Assembly: GCA_964016885.1 (NCBI GenBank)
Contig: OZ024758.1
Location: forward strand, 30,876,001-30,940,000
Direction: 5' to 3'
Length of the DNA stretch: 64,000 bases
Origin: Eledone cirrhosa
Lineage: Eukaryota
The notes below the pieces were generated by a model that saw only the letters and a list, made by a program, of their open reading frames with translations, searched no databases and was not told where the DNA came from. Position numbers and translations under genes: made by a program. Within the stretch, counting starts at the first letter, position 1. Every line of letters starts with the position of its first letter. Of the stretch, positions 38,173 to 53,180 are shown piece by piece.

Positions 38173-40973
38173 GATGTGTTTATTGAAAAAAACCAACAAA
38201 GATTTAATATAAAAGGTCTGTTTGGGATCAGGTTTTGAATTGACCAATCAAAACATAAGACTTATCTTTTTGATTGAAAAAAAATACTTTGGGGATGAAA
38301 AGAAGTCAAGCCAAAAAGATAGTGAAGGGTATACGAAATTTGATGTTATTAAAGACTAACTTTAACTCTAATCCTTCTATAAGGCTTATATGCCCTTCCA
38401 AGTCAGACATTAACATCATTAGTAAAACATTTTTTACATAGAATTATCCCACAATTAAGAAAACCCGTTAACTTACCACTCTGGGAAAACACATCACAAG
38501 TAATTAACTGGTTTACTAATATTAGAAATAAATCATCTGTTTCATTTCTACAATTCAATATAGATGCTTATTATCCCTCTATATCACCCATACTCCTGAA
38601 CAAAGCCTTGATATTTGCCAAAAATAGATCAGACTTAACTATGGATGACATTAATATTATCACGCACGCTAGACAAACACTACTGGAGTTTCAGAAGGAA
38701 TACTGGACCAGAAATACATATAGTAATATCTCTTCGACATAACTATGGGCTTTAGTGATTCCGCCCAAATTACCGATCTTGTTGCCTCTTTCTTCTATTT
38801 AACATTAATTCATCTTTTCCCCACCTTAAAGGTGGTTTATATCGTGATTACTGTGTTCTTCTTTCCACTAATTGAAATTAAAAGAAATTGAAAGAAATAA
38901 AAAACTTGTTAGAACTTTCCTCAAAGACTATTATAATCTCACTATTACATTTGAAAACACCAGTAAAATAGTTAATTTCCTAGATATAACTTTAGACTTA
39001 TCTACGGGTATCTACCAACCTTACCATAAACCTAACCAAAACTTACATTACATACACTCACAATCCAATCACCCTATATCTATCCTTAAAAACGTAGCAT
39101 ATAATATCTCACTCAGAATTTCTAACCTTTCATCTAACCAGGATGCATTCGATAAAAACGCACCCTTTTATAACGAAGCTTTAGCTAGAAGCGGCCACAA
39201 AAACAAATTAATCTACATACCTTGCACCAATAATACTTCAAACATTCAACCCAATATTACCAACAAAAACCAAATGAAAAACCCAGACATGAATGCCACT
39301 CATACTACACATAAAAATACCAACATAAAACTTAATTTCTCTACCTCTTCTCACATAAAATATAATAACTTTCAAAAAACCATTCATCCTAATACTCCAA
39401 TATACGTTAATAACATTATTAACAAAATTCCTAGTAATCAGACTAAAACACCTAAATCAGTTAATCTAACTAAACCTATATATAATAAAGTCACTAATAG
39501 TAACTCTCTTAGTAAACATCCTGATACATCGTATAAATATAAAAAACAGTAATAGACGGGTTACTTGGTATAATGCTCCATTTAATCTACAAATTAAAGA
39601 CAATATCCCTAAAAAATTCTTTGCTATCCTAGAGAAAAACTTCCCACCAAACCATAAATACCATCAAATTTTAAATAGATCAACTATCAAATTTTCCTAT
39701 TCCACTACCAAAAATATACAACAGAATATAAGTACGTATAACGCATATAAGTGTAAAAAACCCCACAAATATACCACCAACACATCAAACCAACCATAAT
39801 ACTAAAATAAACCGCAACAAACCACCATCTCCTTCATCTATAACAAGTCGAGTAAACTCCACACAAAATTTGACTAACTCCCCTGATATAATATTCACGA
39901 ATGGTTGTAACTTTAAAGGGAATTTGTCTTATTAATAACATAGTCTATACATGTAAAATTAGAACTAAGGACTCCACTTTAAAGTAAGATTTAACCCACA
40001 AACACAGTTTTAAAAATGCCGCATTAGCTAATAAAACATCCTTGGCTGAAACAATTAATAATTATAGAAAGAAGAATATCGATTACAACCTGACCTGGAG
40101 CGTGCTCAAAAGGGCCATCCCTTATCAAAATAGCAGATACGAGTGTAGGTTATGCTCCCAGGAACTTTTTGAAATCATGAAATCCAAGGATATCCTATTA
40201 AATAAGCGACAGGAATTAATTATATCTTGAAATCATAGAATTAGAAGAACCTTCAAATATTATAAACCTAATTAATATACACCTTACTCTTATATTGTAC
40301 AATTTATTATAATTGTTTTTTTTTAAATTTAGTTAACCTATAATTAGTATTTTACTACAGAGAACTTCATAATTTTATTTCCTCCTTACAGCTCTCTTTT
40401 CCTAAAATTAATACCTGTAAGCATACCTATACATTAATTTAATTTTCTGATATGTATCTAGATTCCTTGTAGTTTAAATAAGATTGATATTTCTCACTAC
40501 TACCCTTATCCCAAAATGTTACTTTCCTTCGTTTTTAAAAACACTCTTTAATAACATCTAATTCTTATTTATCACATTCATATGAATTAATATAACTTTA
40601 TCCCTATAAGTATACCTATCAATTAATTTAATTTCTTGTTATAGATCTAGATTCCTTGTGGTTTAAATAAGATTGGTATTTCTCACTAATACCCTTACCC
40701 TAAAATTTTATTTTCCTTCGTTTTTAATATTATTCTTTAATAACATCAAATTTTCGTGTACCCTTCACTATCTTCTTGGCTTGACTTCTTTTCATCCCCA
40801 AAGTATTCTTTTCCTTCAAAACATAAGTCTGCACTCCTCTACCCTTAAATTAAATGTCTACTACTGCTATTCTATCAACTTGACCTCTAACTTCTCTATT
40901 GGTCAATTCAAAACATGTTCCCAAACAGACCTTTTATATTAAATCTTTGTTGGTTTTTTTCAATAAACACATC

Positions 40974-41105
40974 TCATCATTTCTGAGGATGGCATGTATA
41001 TGTGAAGGTATGTATATTTCCTCTGATAATTTCTAATATTTTTACATAGATATGATATACATACCAACACACATATACATCCCAGAAACGATCGTAAAAT
41101 GATGA
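40974..41105 (+). ncRNA. Type I hammerhead ribozyme with 95-nt stem-loop II in the PLE 3' pLTR
   Basis: TCATCATTT-CTGAGGA-TGGCATGTATATGTG...CACATATACATCCCA-GAAA-CGATCG-TA-AAATGATGA. Confidence 0.85.
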
Positions 41106-41289
41106 ATTATTCAATATAAGGAACTTGTTCTTTGTTTTTATTTCATTGTTTTTATTAATATATTTTGACTCTGTTTTCCTATGATTTTTATCGAACATTT
41201 TTGAATGCATCTTCTCTTTTCATGATATTTGGATTACATTGAGTTCTTCATGCGGATTGGACACTACCGTATATTTTGGTAGATTTATC

Positions 41290-41325
<36 letters not shown>

Positions 41326-41930
41326 GAGAGAGAGAGAAAGAGAAATAGAAAGAGAGAGAGAGTGAGTAAATATTGGATAGCATCGGACATATATATCGAT
41401 CGGAAATTATCTGAACAGTCGTTCGCTGCTATTTTAACAACTAGTTCTTAACAACGTTGCAAACGGAATGTTATGTTTAATGTTGTATTTGTATTTCCTT
41501 GGACTAAATCTTTTGATTAAGGTAATAGAGTGTTAATGAACACTTGAAAAGAATGACAGCTGGAGAGTTGTTCCTTCCTTTAGTTATAAACCGATAGACT
41601 ATGCTTGATACTCCACCGCCAGGAGCGTTATAGCATCGACATCTCACCACTACCGCAACATGGCGATACCCAACACGTTTGACCGTACAGTACTATGTTC
41701 AGGTGATTTTTATGATTTCGGGTGGCTCTTATATATGTAAAATGTTGAGTAGCAAACCTTCATTCCAAGCGATTATTAAGGTAAAACTCCCTTTAGTTAG
41801 AGATGTTCAACGTTACTAGGTTCCCCTTATTTCTATATACAGTACTCCAAAAAATGTATACACAATTCAGGAAAAAATCTTGTATGGTTATTTAACTTGT
41901 TTAAATCCCTCTCATTCCCCCCCCTCTCTC

Positions 41931-42072
<142 letters not shown>

Positions 42073-42129
42073 TTGGACATCGTTGAGTTTAGCATAATGT
42101 GAGTGGAGAATTATATATATATAAATAAA

Positions 42130-42430
42130 TAAATAAAAATAAAAATGGAGTAGACATTACAATACAACGGGAGGAAACATAATAGTACCACTGATGATGG
42201 CAAAGCTGCGTGATGAAAGAACTTTGATAGGCTATATATATATAGGCTATATATATATATATTTATATCTATATTTTTAACCGTTTGTCAATCAATGATA
42301 AACAGCTAAATTAACTATAGGGATATAAAATATACAGAAGCGAAAACCAATCCAAACCAAACATTGAGTGTGTTTTATTAATATTTCTAGAAATATTATA
42401 ACAATGTGACCCTCCTCAAATATAACAATA
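42130..42430 (+). mobile_element. pLTR fragment related to the 3' end of the PLE at 62-64 kb, with weak HHR at 42186-42229
   Basis: CAGAAGCGAAAACCAATC and GAAAGAACTTTGAT shared with the minus strand at 61990-62200. Confidence 0.55.
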
Positions 42431-42447
42431 TATTTATATATATAACA

Positions 42448-42539
<92 letters not shown>

Positions 42540-43631
42540 CGGAAGTGTGTATACATTTTATTGGCGGAGTCTGTATATTGATCATTCTTTGCCTTGCCAA
42601 ATGAGTAGTTATGCTCGATAGAATCAGTGTAATAAGACAAAGAGATATAGATAAAAATCTAGAACTGGTACTCTTTTATCAACCCCTAACCCTAACCAAC
42701 TCGAAATGATGAAAGACAAAGTTGCCCTCATCGGGACATGAACTCAGAGCGCAGAATACCGCAAAACATCCCATCAGACTTTCTAAATATCTACTGACAT
42801 AAAGTTGTATACTAATGTTTTAATACGGTAAGAAATGTAATTCTCCCTTGTTAATATTTGTCAAAGACAAACTGTTCATAATTAATACAATTCTCTGTTC
42901 AAAATATAATATTAGTGTCGGATTCTTTTTATACATGTTTCAGTACTTCTATATGAACATATATCTCCAGAGATTTTTAACCTGTGTGTAATTTATAAGC
43001 CACATATTAAGTTTATGTAGCGGAAATTACTTTTACGACTTTGATATTAAGAATTTAAAAAAATAGAAATAAATTGGACATTTATTGGATGTCAAAAGTT
43101 TATAGAGAAATACCAAAGAGAAAAAATAACAGTGTTAGAAGAAGACAACACAGCTCGGTTATTAATCTTGTTCTATTTTTATACAATAGAATTACTGTAA
43201 ATACTTGTACCCTTTTTGACGAAACATTGAAGTCAGTGGGGTCAACATTTCCACATTTACTTCACTGTGTCTTTCTTTAATCTCAGAACAATATAAATCG
43301 ATAGATATTTTCTCCTGATACAGCGAATAGTTAATTGATATAAGGTGTTGCGTGTAACCTCACGTTTTAGCTTCTAACCTATTTTTTGATGGCTGCCGCT
43401 ATTCTTAGTACATTTGAAATTATCCATCTGTTGTCAGCATTCTAATAGGCAAACACTAACATTGATAATTACATTATCATAACTGTTGTTGTTGTTACTG
43501 CTGCTGCAGCAGCTGCTGTTGTTATTTCAGCAGAACGTAAAGCTTTCTTCAAAGGCTCGTATGTAAAGAATAAAATGACATAAAAGTCATTTGAAAAAAG
43601 AAATATATTTTGGTCACTTTTATCATTGAAT

Positions 43632-44027
43632 AATTGTTTCTACTTTTGGCACAAGGCCAGCAATTATCCTAGTGCATTACTGTTGCTTTATTCTATCGAC
43701 CCCATAAGGATGAAAGGCAAAGTTAACCTCGGCGGGATTTGAACTCAGACCGTAACGGGGCGCAACATTATGCTTCAAAGCATGGCGTCCGACTCTACAC
43801 CGATACTGCCAATCCACCGCCCTAAAATTTATCATTGAATAATTGTTTCTACTTTAGGCACAAGGCCAGCAATTACCCAGTGCATTACTGGTACTTTATT
43901 TTATCGACCCCGTAAGGATGAAAGGCAAAGTCAACCTCGGCGGGATTTGAACTCAGATCGTAAAGGGACGTAACTATGCTGGAAAGCATGGCGTCCGATC
44001 CTCTACCGATACTGCCAATCCACCGCC
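43632..44027 (-). mobile_element. Two tandem SINE copies sharing one triplicated target site
   Basis: TTTATCATTGAATAAT at 43619, 43828 and 44028. Confidence 0.9.
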
Positions 44028-44296
44028 TTTATCATTGAATAATATTAGAAATGTTGCGTATAAACTGGTATCCCCATTAGCAGAAAAGCAGCCGTCCAGT
44101 ATATATTGATATGTTGGAGTGTATTTACAGCTAACTCCTGGTGGAGAACATACACGTTGTTCAGTGGTGTAAACTCACACCACCAGTCTAGAAAAATACA
44201 TCCCAGCTATTGGTTTCGTTCGGCGTTTGGTTAACTAAAATGGTCGCAGAGGACTGTATTAATAACTTTGTTCTCTTATTTTTCCATTGTGCAACA

Positions 44297-44476
44297 TAAT
44301 TGTTTCTACTTTAGGCACAAGGCCAGCAATTATCCTAGTGCATTACTGGTACTTTATTTTATCGACCCCATAAGGATGAAAGGCAAAGTCAACCTCGGCG
44401 GGATTTGAACTCAGATCGTAAAGGGACGTAACTATGCTGGAAAGCATGGCGTCCGACCCTCTACCGATACTGCCAA
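44297..44476 (-). mobile_element. tRNA-derived SINE
   Basis: Nearly identical to 43841-44018. Confidence 0.88.
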
Positions 44477-44739
44477 ATGCGTTTTATTTTGTAGTTTGAA
44501 TAGTCACTGACATATGAGGTGTGTCGTCGTAACAATGGAGTGGATGGCATGCAGTGTCGAGTGAGGATTCTTATCTCTTATCAACACTACACTGAGTTCT
44601 AAGACAGTTATTATTCCAGAATGCTCATACGCACACATAGACACACACACACATAGACACACACACACATAGACACACACACACACAGACACACACACAG
44701 AGACAGACATACAGACACAGGCACACACACACACATATG

Positions 44740-44774
<35 letters not shown>

Positions 44775-45069
44775 TATTGTTTTGCTTTGTCTCTTTACTC
44801 CATGGACAGCTGTTTGGCTTGTGCTAGACGCCGTAACTGTGGGTGGACCAGTAGTACTGTCGCTAGGGCTTGAAACTGCCAGATGTCCATCACAATGGCT
44901 GAAGAACTTGGAGTTCTGTGTCTTTCGTTTGTATTTTTATCTTTTTAAAATGTTTTAAAGGTTTCCCCTTCAAAAAAATGTCTACTCTTCTTTAATTTCC
45001 CTACGTTTATTATATATATATAAAGTTCCTATAACAGGTGAAGACAGATATTAATAATTATTATTATTT

Positions 45070-45306
45070 TACCTTTCATCCTTACGGGGTCGATAAAATA
45101 AAGTACCAGTAATACACTGGGTAATTGCTGGCCTTGTGCCTAACGTAGAGACAATTATTATTTGACCGCAAAGAGTTACGGCCCTTGTCATTCTAAGTTA
45201 AAATCGCGCCGAGATTAACTTTGCCTTTCATCCTTACGGGGTCGATAAAATAAAGTACCAGTAGTGTACTGGGTAATTTGCCGGCCTTGTGCCAAAAGTA
45301 GAAACA

Positions 45307-45364
<58 letters not shown>

Positions 45365-45797
45365 GGGCGGTGGATTAGCAGTATCGGTAGAGTGTCGGAC
45401 AACTTGTTTTGCGGCATAGAGTTACGGCCCTTTACATGCTGAGTTCAAATCCCACCGATGTTAGCTTTGCCTTTCATCCTTACGGAGTCGATAAAATAAA
45501 GTAGCAGTAATGCACTGGGGTCGATTTAATCGACTTTACCCCTACCCCAAACATTATTGACCTTGTGCCTAAATCAGGAACCATCATTTTTATTATTATT
45601 ATTTCGTGTCTATATGCTTTGTGGCATAAAGTTACGGCCCTTTATGTCCTGAATTCAAATCCCACCGAGGTTAGCTTTGCCTTTCATCCTTACGGGGTCG
45701 ATAAAATAAAGTACCAGTCACGCACTGGGCTCGATTTAATCGACTATCCCCTCCCCCAAAATTACTGACCTTGTGCCTAGATCAGAAATCATTATTC
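45070..45797 (+). mobile_element. Four head-to-tail SINE copies or fragments with (ATT)n tails
   Basis: CTTTCATCCTTACGG(G/A)GTCGATAAAATAAAG four times. Confidence 0.85.
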
Positions 45798-46851
45798 CAT
45801 GCCTGTATCAACTCTTTCCATTATTTCTCAAATGATCCAAGTGACAGGAGGTTTAGGAATCTGGGATTGTTGTTTGTCAGACTAGAAAAAGTTTGGAAAA
45901 TTGAAAATAGTATGAGTACACTTCGCCAAAAATATCTGGCACAGATGCGACGAAAATACTTATGCTGTAACTCCTGTTTAGAGTGCAATGAATATAAAAT
46001 AAATAAATAAGAAAAACTACACTGTAGTAAATGCATATCCAAAACTACTTTAAATCTATTTAAACTTTCACAGACGAAAATAGCTGTCAGAAAACTATTG
46101 CTAATAATATAGACTTTCTTGATTGAGTCGATAAGGTGCGGAAAGAAAAAGACAAAGCTGTCACATGCATTGAGTTGTATTTGAATCTAGAATCAAAGTA
46201 GCCTCATCGACTTGCTAGAGACAGCAGCAAGAGAGAAATTAGAGAGAAATTAGAGAGAAATTAGGGTGACACTCACCCATTTAGAAATAGCAGCTATATT
46301 CAAATCACAACTTACTCACAACTTACTCTCTTATACAGGAGAGCACATACGTGCACGCACATTGGATAACATTGTCTTCGATATACTAAATTGTACTGAG
46401 TCAGGCCTCGGCTAAGCAACAACGTATTAGATAATGTTGCTCTAGATACATTATAGCAGAAGAAGAAAAAAGAATGGAGAAAGGAATGACAGAGGGTATA
46501 TGATAACATGCATGAGCTCGGCTGGTCTCAGTCGGATGAACTGGACATCCGCTGGAAAGTGTGTTTGAGGACTCTGCTCCCATGACCCTCCCAGGAGGAG
46601 GGCGAAGCGGAGAAGAAGAAGAAGCACGCATATTTGGTATGTTTTCCTGTTAGTTATGCATTTCCTTCTAGTTGTTTAGACGAAATATATATCTGTTGAG
46701 AACCTCAAAACGTTTCAAAAATCGGTTAAAGATAGTTATCATCTTTTTCATCAAACAGGGGAAACACGTATATATGGCATGTTTAGATCTCTATATACTA
46801 AACATATGTAAAATTATATTGACATTTATGCAATCTCCCGGTTACCTCTAT

Positions 46852-46931
<80 letters not shown>

Positions 46932-47193
46932 TAATGTAGGAGGTGAGTTTTATTGTAGTACAATAAAGCAATGCAGATATCGGATAACAAGCACTCTACA
47001 GTTTGTAGGACTGGAGTATACATAATATATAAGAACAAAATATGTTGATTTAAAACTGCACTATCCACAAGTGTTTTTTAACCTTCATATCATGTCTTCC
47101 TATTTTATCTGATGAAAACAAATATTATTGATGATATTTGTTTTTGAAATGCGCATAATAAAATACATGGAACTCTTTTAACCATCTTTTGTT

Positions 47194-47200
<7 letters not shown>
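46932..47200. mobile_element. Family D short HHR element with one fold-back arm deleted
   Basis: Collinear with 56921-57345 but lacking the equivalent of about 57025-57175. Confidence 0.75.
47101..47165 (+). ncRNA. Type I hammerhead ribozyme, family D
   Basis: TATTTTAT-CTGATGA-AAACAAATATTA TTGA TGATATTTGTTTTT-GAAA-TGCGCA-TA-ATAAAATA. Confidence 0.75.
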
Positions 47201-47264
<64 letters not shown>

Positions 47265-47523
47265 GGAAAAAATGAAACGAAATTTCATTTCCCACTCTTA
47301 GTACGGCTGTTACTTAAATATAAGTATGTATACGTACATACATATATGTATACAGACATACAGTAGTATATATATATATATATACATGCACTCATAAATA
47401 TATGTACGTATGGATTCACCAAACATTTATTATAATGCTCGGTGTGTTTGTAAACAAACATCCCGTATTAAGCCGTAGTGTCCAGCAACCACCGTTGCTC
47501 GTTTCTTCAACACTGACAAAGCA

Positions 47524-47566
47524 ACACCGTACTAGTTTCAAGCTTGTTAGCTATCGTCAGCAACGT
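47524..47566 (-). ncRNA. Type I hammerhead ribozyme, family A2
   Basis: ACGTTG-CTGACGA-TAGCT AACA AGCTT-GAAA-CTAG-TA-CGGTGT. Confidence 0.82.
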
Positions 47567-48086
47567 ATACCTTCCTGCCAGATAGTTGAACGTCCGAAAG
47601 TATACACTTTCCTTATGCATATTAACGGCTGAGTAGCTCAATTTGCATATCGAGTGGGTTAATCGGCCGGGTGCACCGAAAACGATAAAAGGAAAAGAGT
47701 ACAGCGTTCCTTTGTCAGTGTTGAACAAACGAGCAACGGTGGTTGCTAGACACTACGGCTTAATACGGGATATTTGGTTACAAACACACGGAGCATTATA
47801 ATAAATGTTTGGTGAATCCATACGTACATATATATGTGTGCATGTATATATATATACATACTACTGTATGTCTGTATACATATATGTATGTACGTATAAA
47901 TACTTATATTTAAGTAACATCCGTACTAAGAGTGGGAAATGAAATTTCGTTTCATATTTTCCGTTTATCGTTTTCGGTGCACCCGGCCGATTAACCCACT
48001 CGATATGCAAATTGAGCTACTTAGCCGTTAATATGCATATGGAAAGTATATACTTTCGGACGTTCAACTATCTGGCAGGAAGGTAT

Positions 48087-48129
48087 ACGTTGCTGAAGAT
48101 AGCTAACACGCTTGAAACTAGTACGGTGT
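48087..48129 (+). ncRNA. Type I hammerhead ribozyme, family A2
   Basis: ACGTTG-CTGAAGA-TAGCTAACACGCTT-GAAA-CTAG-TA-CGGTGT. Confidence 0.78.
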
Positions 48130-48338
48130 TCCTTTGTCAGTGTTGAACAAACGAGCAACAATGGTTGCTAGACACTACGGCTTAATACGGGATGTTTGTT
48201 TACAAACACACCGAGCATTATAATAAATGTTTGGTGAATCCATACGTACATATATATATGTGTGCATGTATGTATATATATATATATATATACATACTAC
48301 TGTATGTCTGTATACATATATGTATGTACGTATACATA

Positions 48339-48403
<65 letters not shown>

Positions 48404-48408
<5 letters not shown>

Positions 48409-48507
48409 AACGAGTAGGATCCCGACGGCTGAGATCAAGCCGTTTCTAGTCCAAAATTGCCGTCGAAACGGCTTGAGCTCAGCCGTCGGGGTCCTACTCG
48501 TTCCTAT
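48404..48507. repeat. GC-rich hairpin with arms of about 43 bp at a TA junction
   Basis: ATAGGAACGAGTAGGATCCCGACGGCTGAG...CTCAGCCGTCGGGGTCCTACTCGTTCCTAT; right half also at 33881-33940. Confidence 0.85.
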
Positions 48508-48613
48508 TACCCACTCTACTACCCTAAGTTTTGAGTACTTTGGTGCGTTATGGTCCATCTGGGTCCTTACCACATTTCCTTCGTTATATATATATATATA
48601 TGTATATATATAT

Positions 48614-48649
<36 letters not shown>

Positions 48650-48650
48650 C

Positions 48651-48707
<57 letters not shown>

Positions 48708-48812
48708 AAGTTTTATTTAAATTGTTGGGTTACAACGAGTAAATATTTATAACTGATATAAAAGCACTCAACAAGTATTTGGAGTATATTTACGATATAC
48801 AGTATATATATC

Positions 48813-49825
<1,013 letters not shown>

Positions 49826-49854
49826 ATAACTTGTGTGTTACACCTCTATTCTTT

Positions 49855-49969
<115 letters not shown>

Positions 49970-50156
49970 ATATATATATGTATATATATATATATACATA
50001 TATATATATCATGACTTCCGTAGAGGAACCGAAAGAGACTAGTTAAATAAAGTACTCAATACATTAGTAAGAACATCTGATTGATTTATTTCATATAGAT
50101 GGTGATGTCAGACGAATGAAGCAGTTCTAATCCTGTACATATCTATATGAAATAAA

Positions 50157-50221
<65 letters not shown>

Positions 50222-51096
50222 CGTATGTGTGTGTATGTCTGTGTATGTGTGTGTGTGCATGAGTGCGTAAGTTTGTGTTTGAGTATGCATGTTTGGTTGT
50301 TTGTGTGAGCATTTATTTGATTCGTGTTTTAATTTAACTACAATTTGACTACTATCGTTTTCTCTCAGTTGGTGTGATTAAATTTCGTCAACCTTTGTTA
50401 CCGATACACACGATCTATTGAACATTTCGATCACCTCCGCTTGCAATTAGCAGAAGGCGAAGTAGTATTGTCACTCAGCTCTATTTCTGTTATTAACAAA
50501 CAAGATTGGTTGATCATTAATGCATTTTCGACAAGTTCAGTGCAATGAAAGAAAAGAAAACGCTACGATAACGAAAATATGCGAGAGAAATGTGTATAGG
50601 AGGGTCGAATTGCGAGTATCTATAAATGTCGTGCTTGAAAGGAAGTTAGAAAATAATACCAGATTAATGTTATCCGAGTATTATGATAGATTGGGTGTAC
50701 ACTGACAGAGTTTGGAGGAGGTTAGGTTGGGGCGAAATAAACGAAAAGTATTAGAGAGTAAATAAGACGGGTGCTGAGTATTAGAATAGTCTGGTAGTTA
50801 CATAACAAATTACAAGTAATACAAGTATAATTAATATAATTCGTGTATATATTTACATACAAGCATATGTACTTACTTGCGACTTGTTAGAAAATTACAA
50901 GTACAATCCATTACTGGAAAAGTAAAAATATGTAAAACATTTCAAAAATTCTGCATCTAATAACTGCATGTATACATGTACAGATACAAAGCATATACAC
51001 ATACACACATATAACTCAAAAGATTACACATACATACAATAACATCCATACCTGCACACACATGTATACAGACATACACACACACAGACTGACAAA

Positions 51097-51131
<35 letters not shown>

Positions 51132-51138
51132 TGACAAA

Positions 51139-51217
<79 letters not shown>

Positions 51218-52022
51218 ACACACACACATATATCCGAGAGAAAATAGTACTCAATACCGAAGTAGAGTTAATATTCATTTTAGTAAGGCTGGATAGTGAG
51301 TCCTGTTACTGTGGAGTTCCACCCGTTTATCACAGAGAAGACCGAATCACGTGATCTGTGCCTCGGGCATGAGTGGCAGATAAATGTGCATTTCATTCAG
51401 AATATGATTCCACCTCTAAAACTGTTTCATTACATCATTCTTAATCACTTCAGCGAGTACTGTAAAGTCTATGCTTAGCTGAGGGAATTTAATGAGTTTG
51501 AAACATGTCCCGAGTTGTCTCTCGTATTTGTTAAAATGGTTAAAATCATACCAGCTATTGACTGATTTTGTTCTTTTCCTACAGATTAACTATTTCTAAT
51601 TAGCTGTTTGGTGGTTGCTTCAAACTTCAAAATATGCTAACACTAATTTAACCAACGCAGTAAAGACAGTATATTATTGAGCTATATATTACGAATATCA
51701 CACGACTTGACATCAATTGATGTTAAATACTCTACTATAAATAAACTATTAATAAACAAATACATTTAATGTTTCAACATTTATTTCATTTGAGTATAGA
51801 ACAAATTGTAAGTATACACAGAAAACTGTTGCTGATATTTATACATTTAAGGGGAGATATACAATATTTTTATTTCATGAGTTGGCTTGTAATTTAGAAG
51901 AAAAAGAAGACTTGTAATTTATAAAAATCTCGTATGTGTTTGGAGGAAATAGTTGGTATCAATTTATAACGGAACTGTAATAGAATTTTCAAATTGGTAT
52001 TTGTAAAGGATATTACATTATA

Positions 52023-52878
52023 CTAGCAGAAAAACCACCGTTTGGGTGGTTTCTCTGCTAGTATGTGTAGTGTGTATATTGATATTATATGCAAGTATAT
52101 ATACATGTAGATATGATACATCAAATAAAATTGTAATTGACAATATACACAGAAATTGAACGAAGACTGTTACACTGTCTTATGTAATCAGTAACGTAAT
52201 CCATGATACATTAAAAAAAGACGATATTATATATAAACTGCATTAGGAGAAAATTAGTGACAGAAAATTAGTATGTTTATTTAAGTGATCGCCACCGGAA
52301 GTGTTGACATCACACACTCTCTCTGTCTATAATGGTAGTTGAAGTGCTACTTTGAAAAGAAGTCAATTTTAAATTATTTATTTTTACGAAATTATTTTTG
52401 TTTACGAAATTTAGTAGATAAATTATGTAATATTCATTCATTATTTATTCAAAGTTAGGTGGATTGGCAGTATCGGTAGAGGGTCGGACGCCATGCTTTC
52501 CAGCATAGTTACGTCCCTTTACGATCTGAGTTCAAATCCCGCCGAGGTTGACTTTGCCTTTCATCCTTACAGGGTCGATAAAATAAAGTACCAGTAATGC
52601 ACTGGATAATTGCTGGCCTTGTGCCTAAAGTAGAAACAATTATTTATTCAAAGTTAACCTCGGCGGGATTCTGAGTTCAAATCCCGCCGAGGTTAACTTT
52701 GCCTTTCATCCTTACGGGGTCGATAAAATAAAGTACCAGTAATACACTGGTTAATTGCTGGCCGTGTGCCTAACGTAGAAACAATTATTTATTCAAAGTA
52801 ATCCAACTTATTTTACTAACGGGATAAAAAAAATAAACCGTACGCAGTCCCGCAGACCTTCCTTTATTATAGTTTAGA
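52023..52878 (-). mobile_element. Non-autonomous Helitron-like element with two nested SINE insertions
   Basis: Minus-strand A|TC start and CTAG|T end, terminal hairpin; homologous to 6283-8566; SINEs at 52458-52640 and 52671-52785. Confidence 0.7.
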
Positions 52879-52969
52879 TTACAATACAGTATGACATACC
52901 ATGAAAATCCCCGGCTTCTACGTTATCCTTTGTTTACTGTTTTTACTGGATAAAATTATTCACAGAAAG

Positions 52970-53180
52970 CCTTTTCTTCTTCTGCACCCACTAAAAAACT
53001 CTTTCCAGTGGGTCCTGTCAGAATCAACCGTTTCCAACTGATCCAGTTGAATACCCAAGTGTGACCAGCCTAGCTCATGGATGTTATTAAACTATCTTGC
53101 TTGGGGTCTACCCCTGGGTCTCCTGCGATTCTTTCCTGAGACATTCTAACCACATGCCCATAGTATCGGAGCCTGTTAAT
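52970..53180 (-). mobile_element. RTE-group LINE 3' fragment
   Basis: NRLRYYGHVVRMSQER..RPRGRP, (GAA)n-like tail. Confidence 0.6.

Larger units (their letters stand above)
37988..41160 (+). mobile_element. Degenerate Penelope-like element (RT plus endonuclease remnant) with inverted 5' pLTR
   Basis: LWENTSQVINWF, FLQFNIDAYYPSI, FDITMG, GLYRD, VNFLDITLDL, SNHP, WYNAPF, CRLC; 37990-38355 inverted at 40734-41150. Confidence 0.9.
47261..48342. mobile_element. Retrozyme-like HHR element, family A2: one minus-strand unit plus 1.5 plus-strand units (period about 422 nt)
   Basis: GTTCCTTTGTCAGTGTTGAAC at 47706 and 48128; 47261-47690 inverted; diverged relative of family A. Confidence 0.8.

Noticed and set aside
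42683-42697. CCCTAA telomeric repeat
   Set aside because: Only about two units
43525-43566. Possible micro-exon (TTTCAG...GTATGT) and a possible minus-strand exon near 45820-45980
   Set aside because: Splice-like signals only; no homology or transcript evidence available
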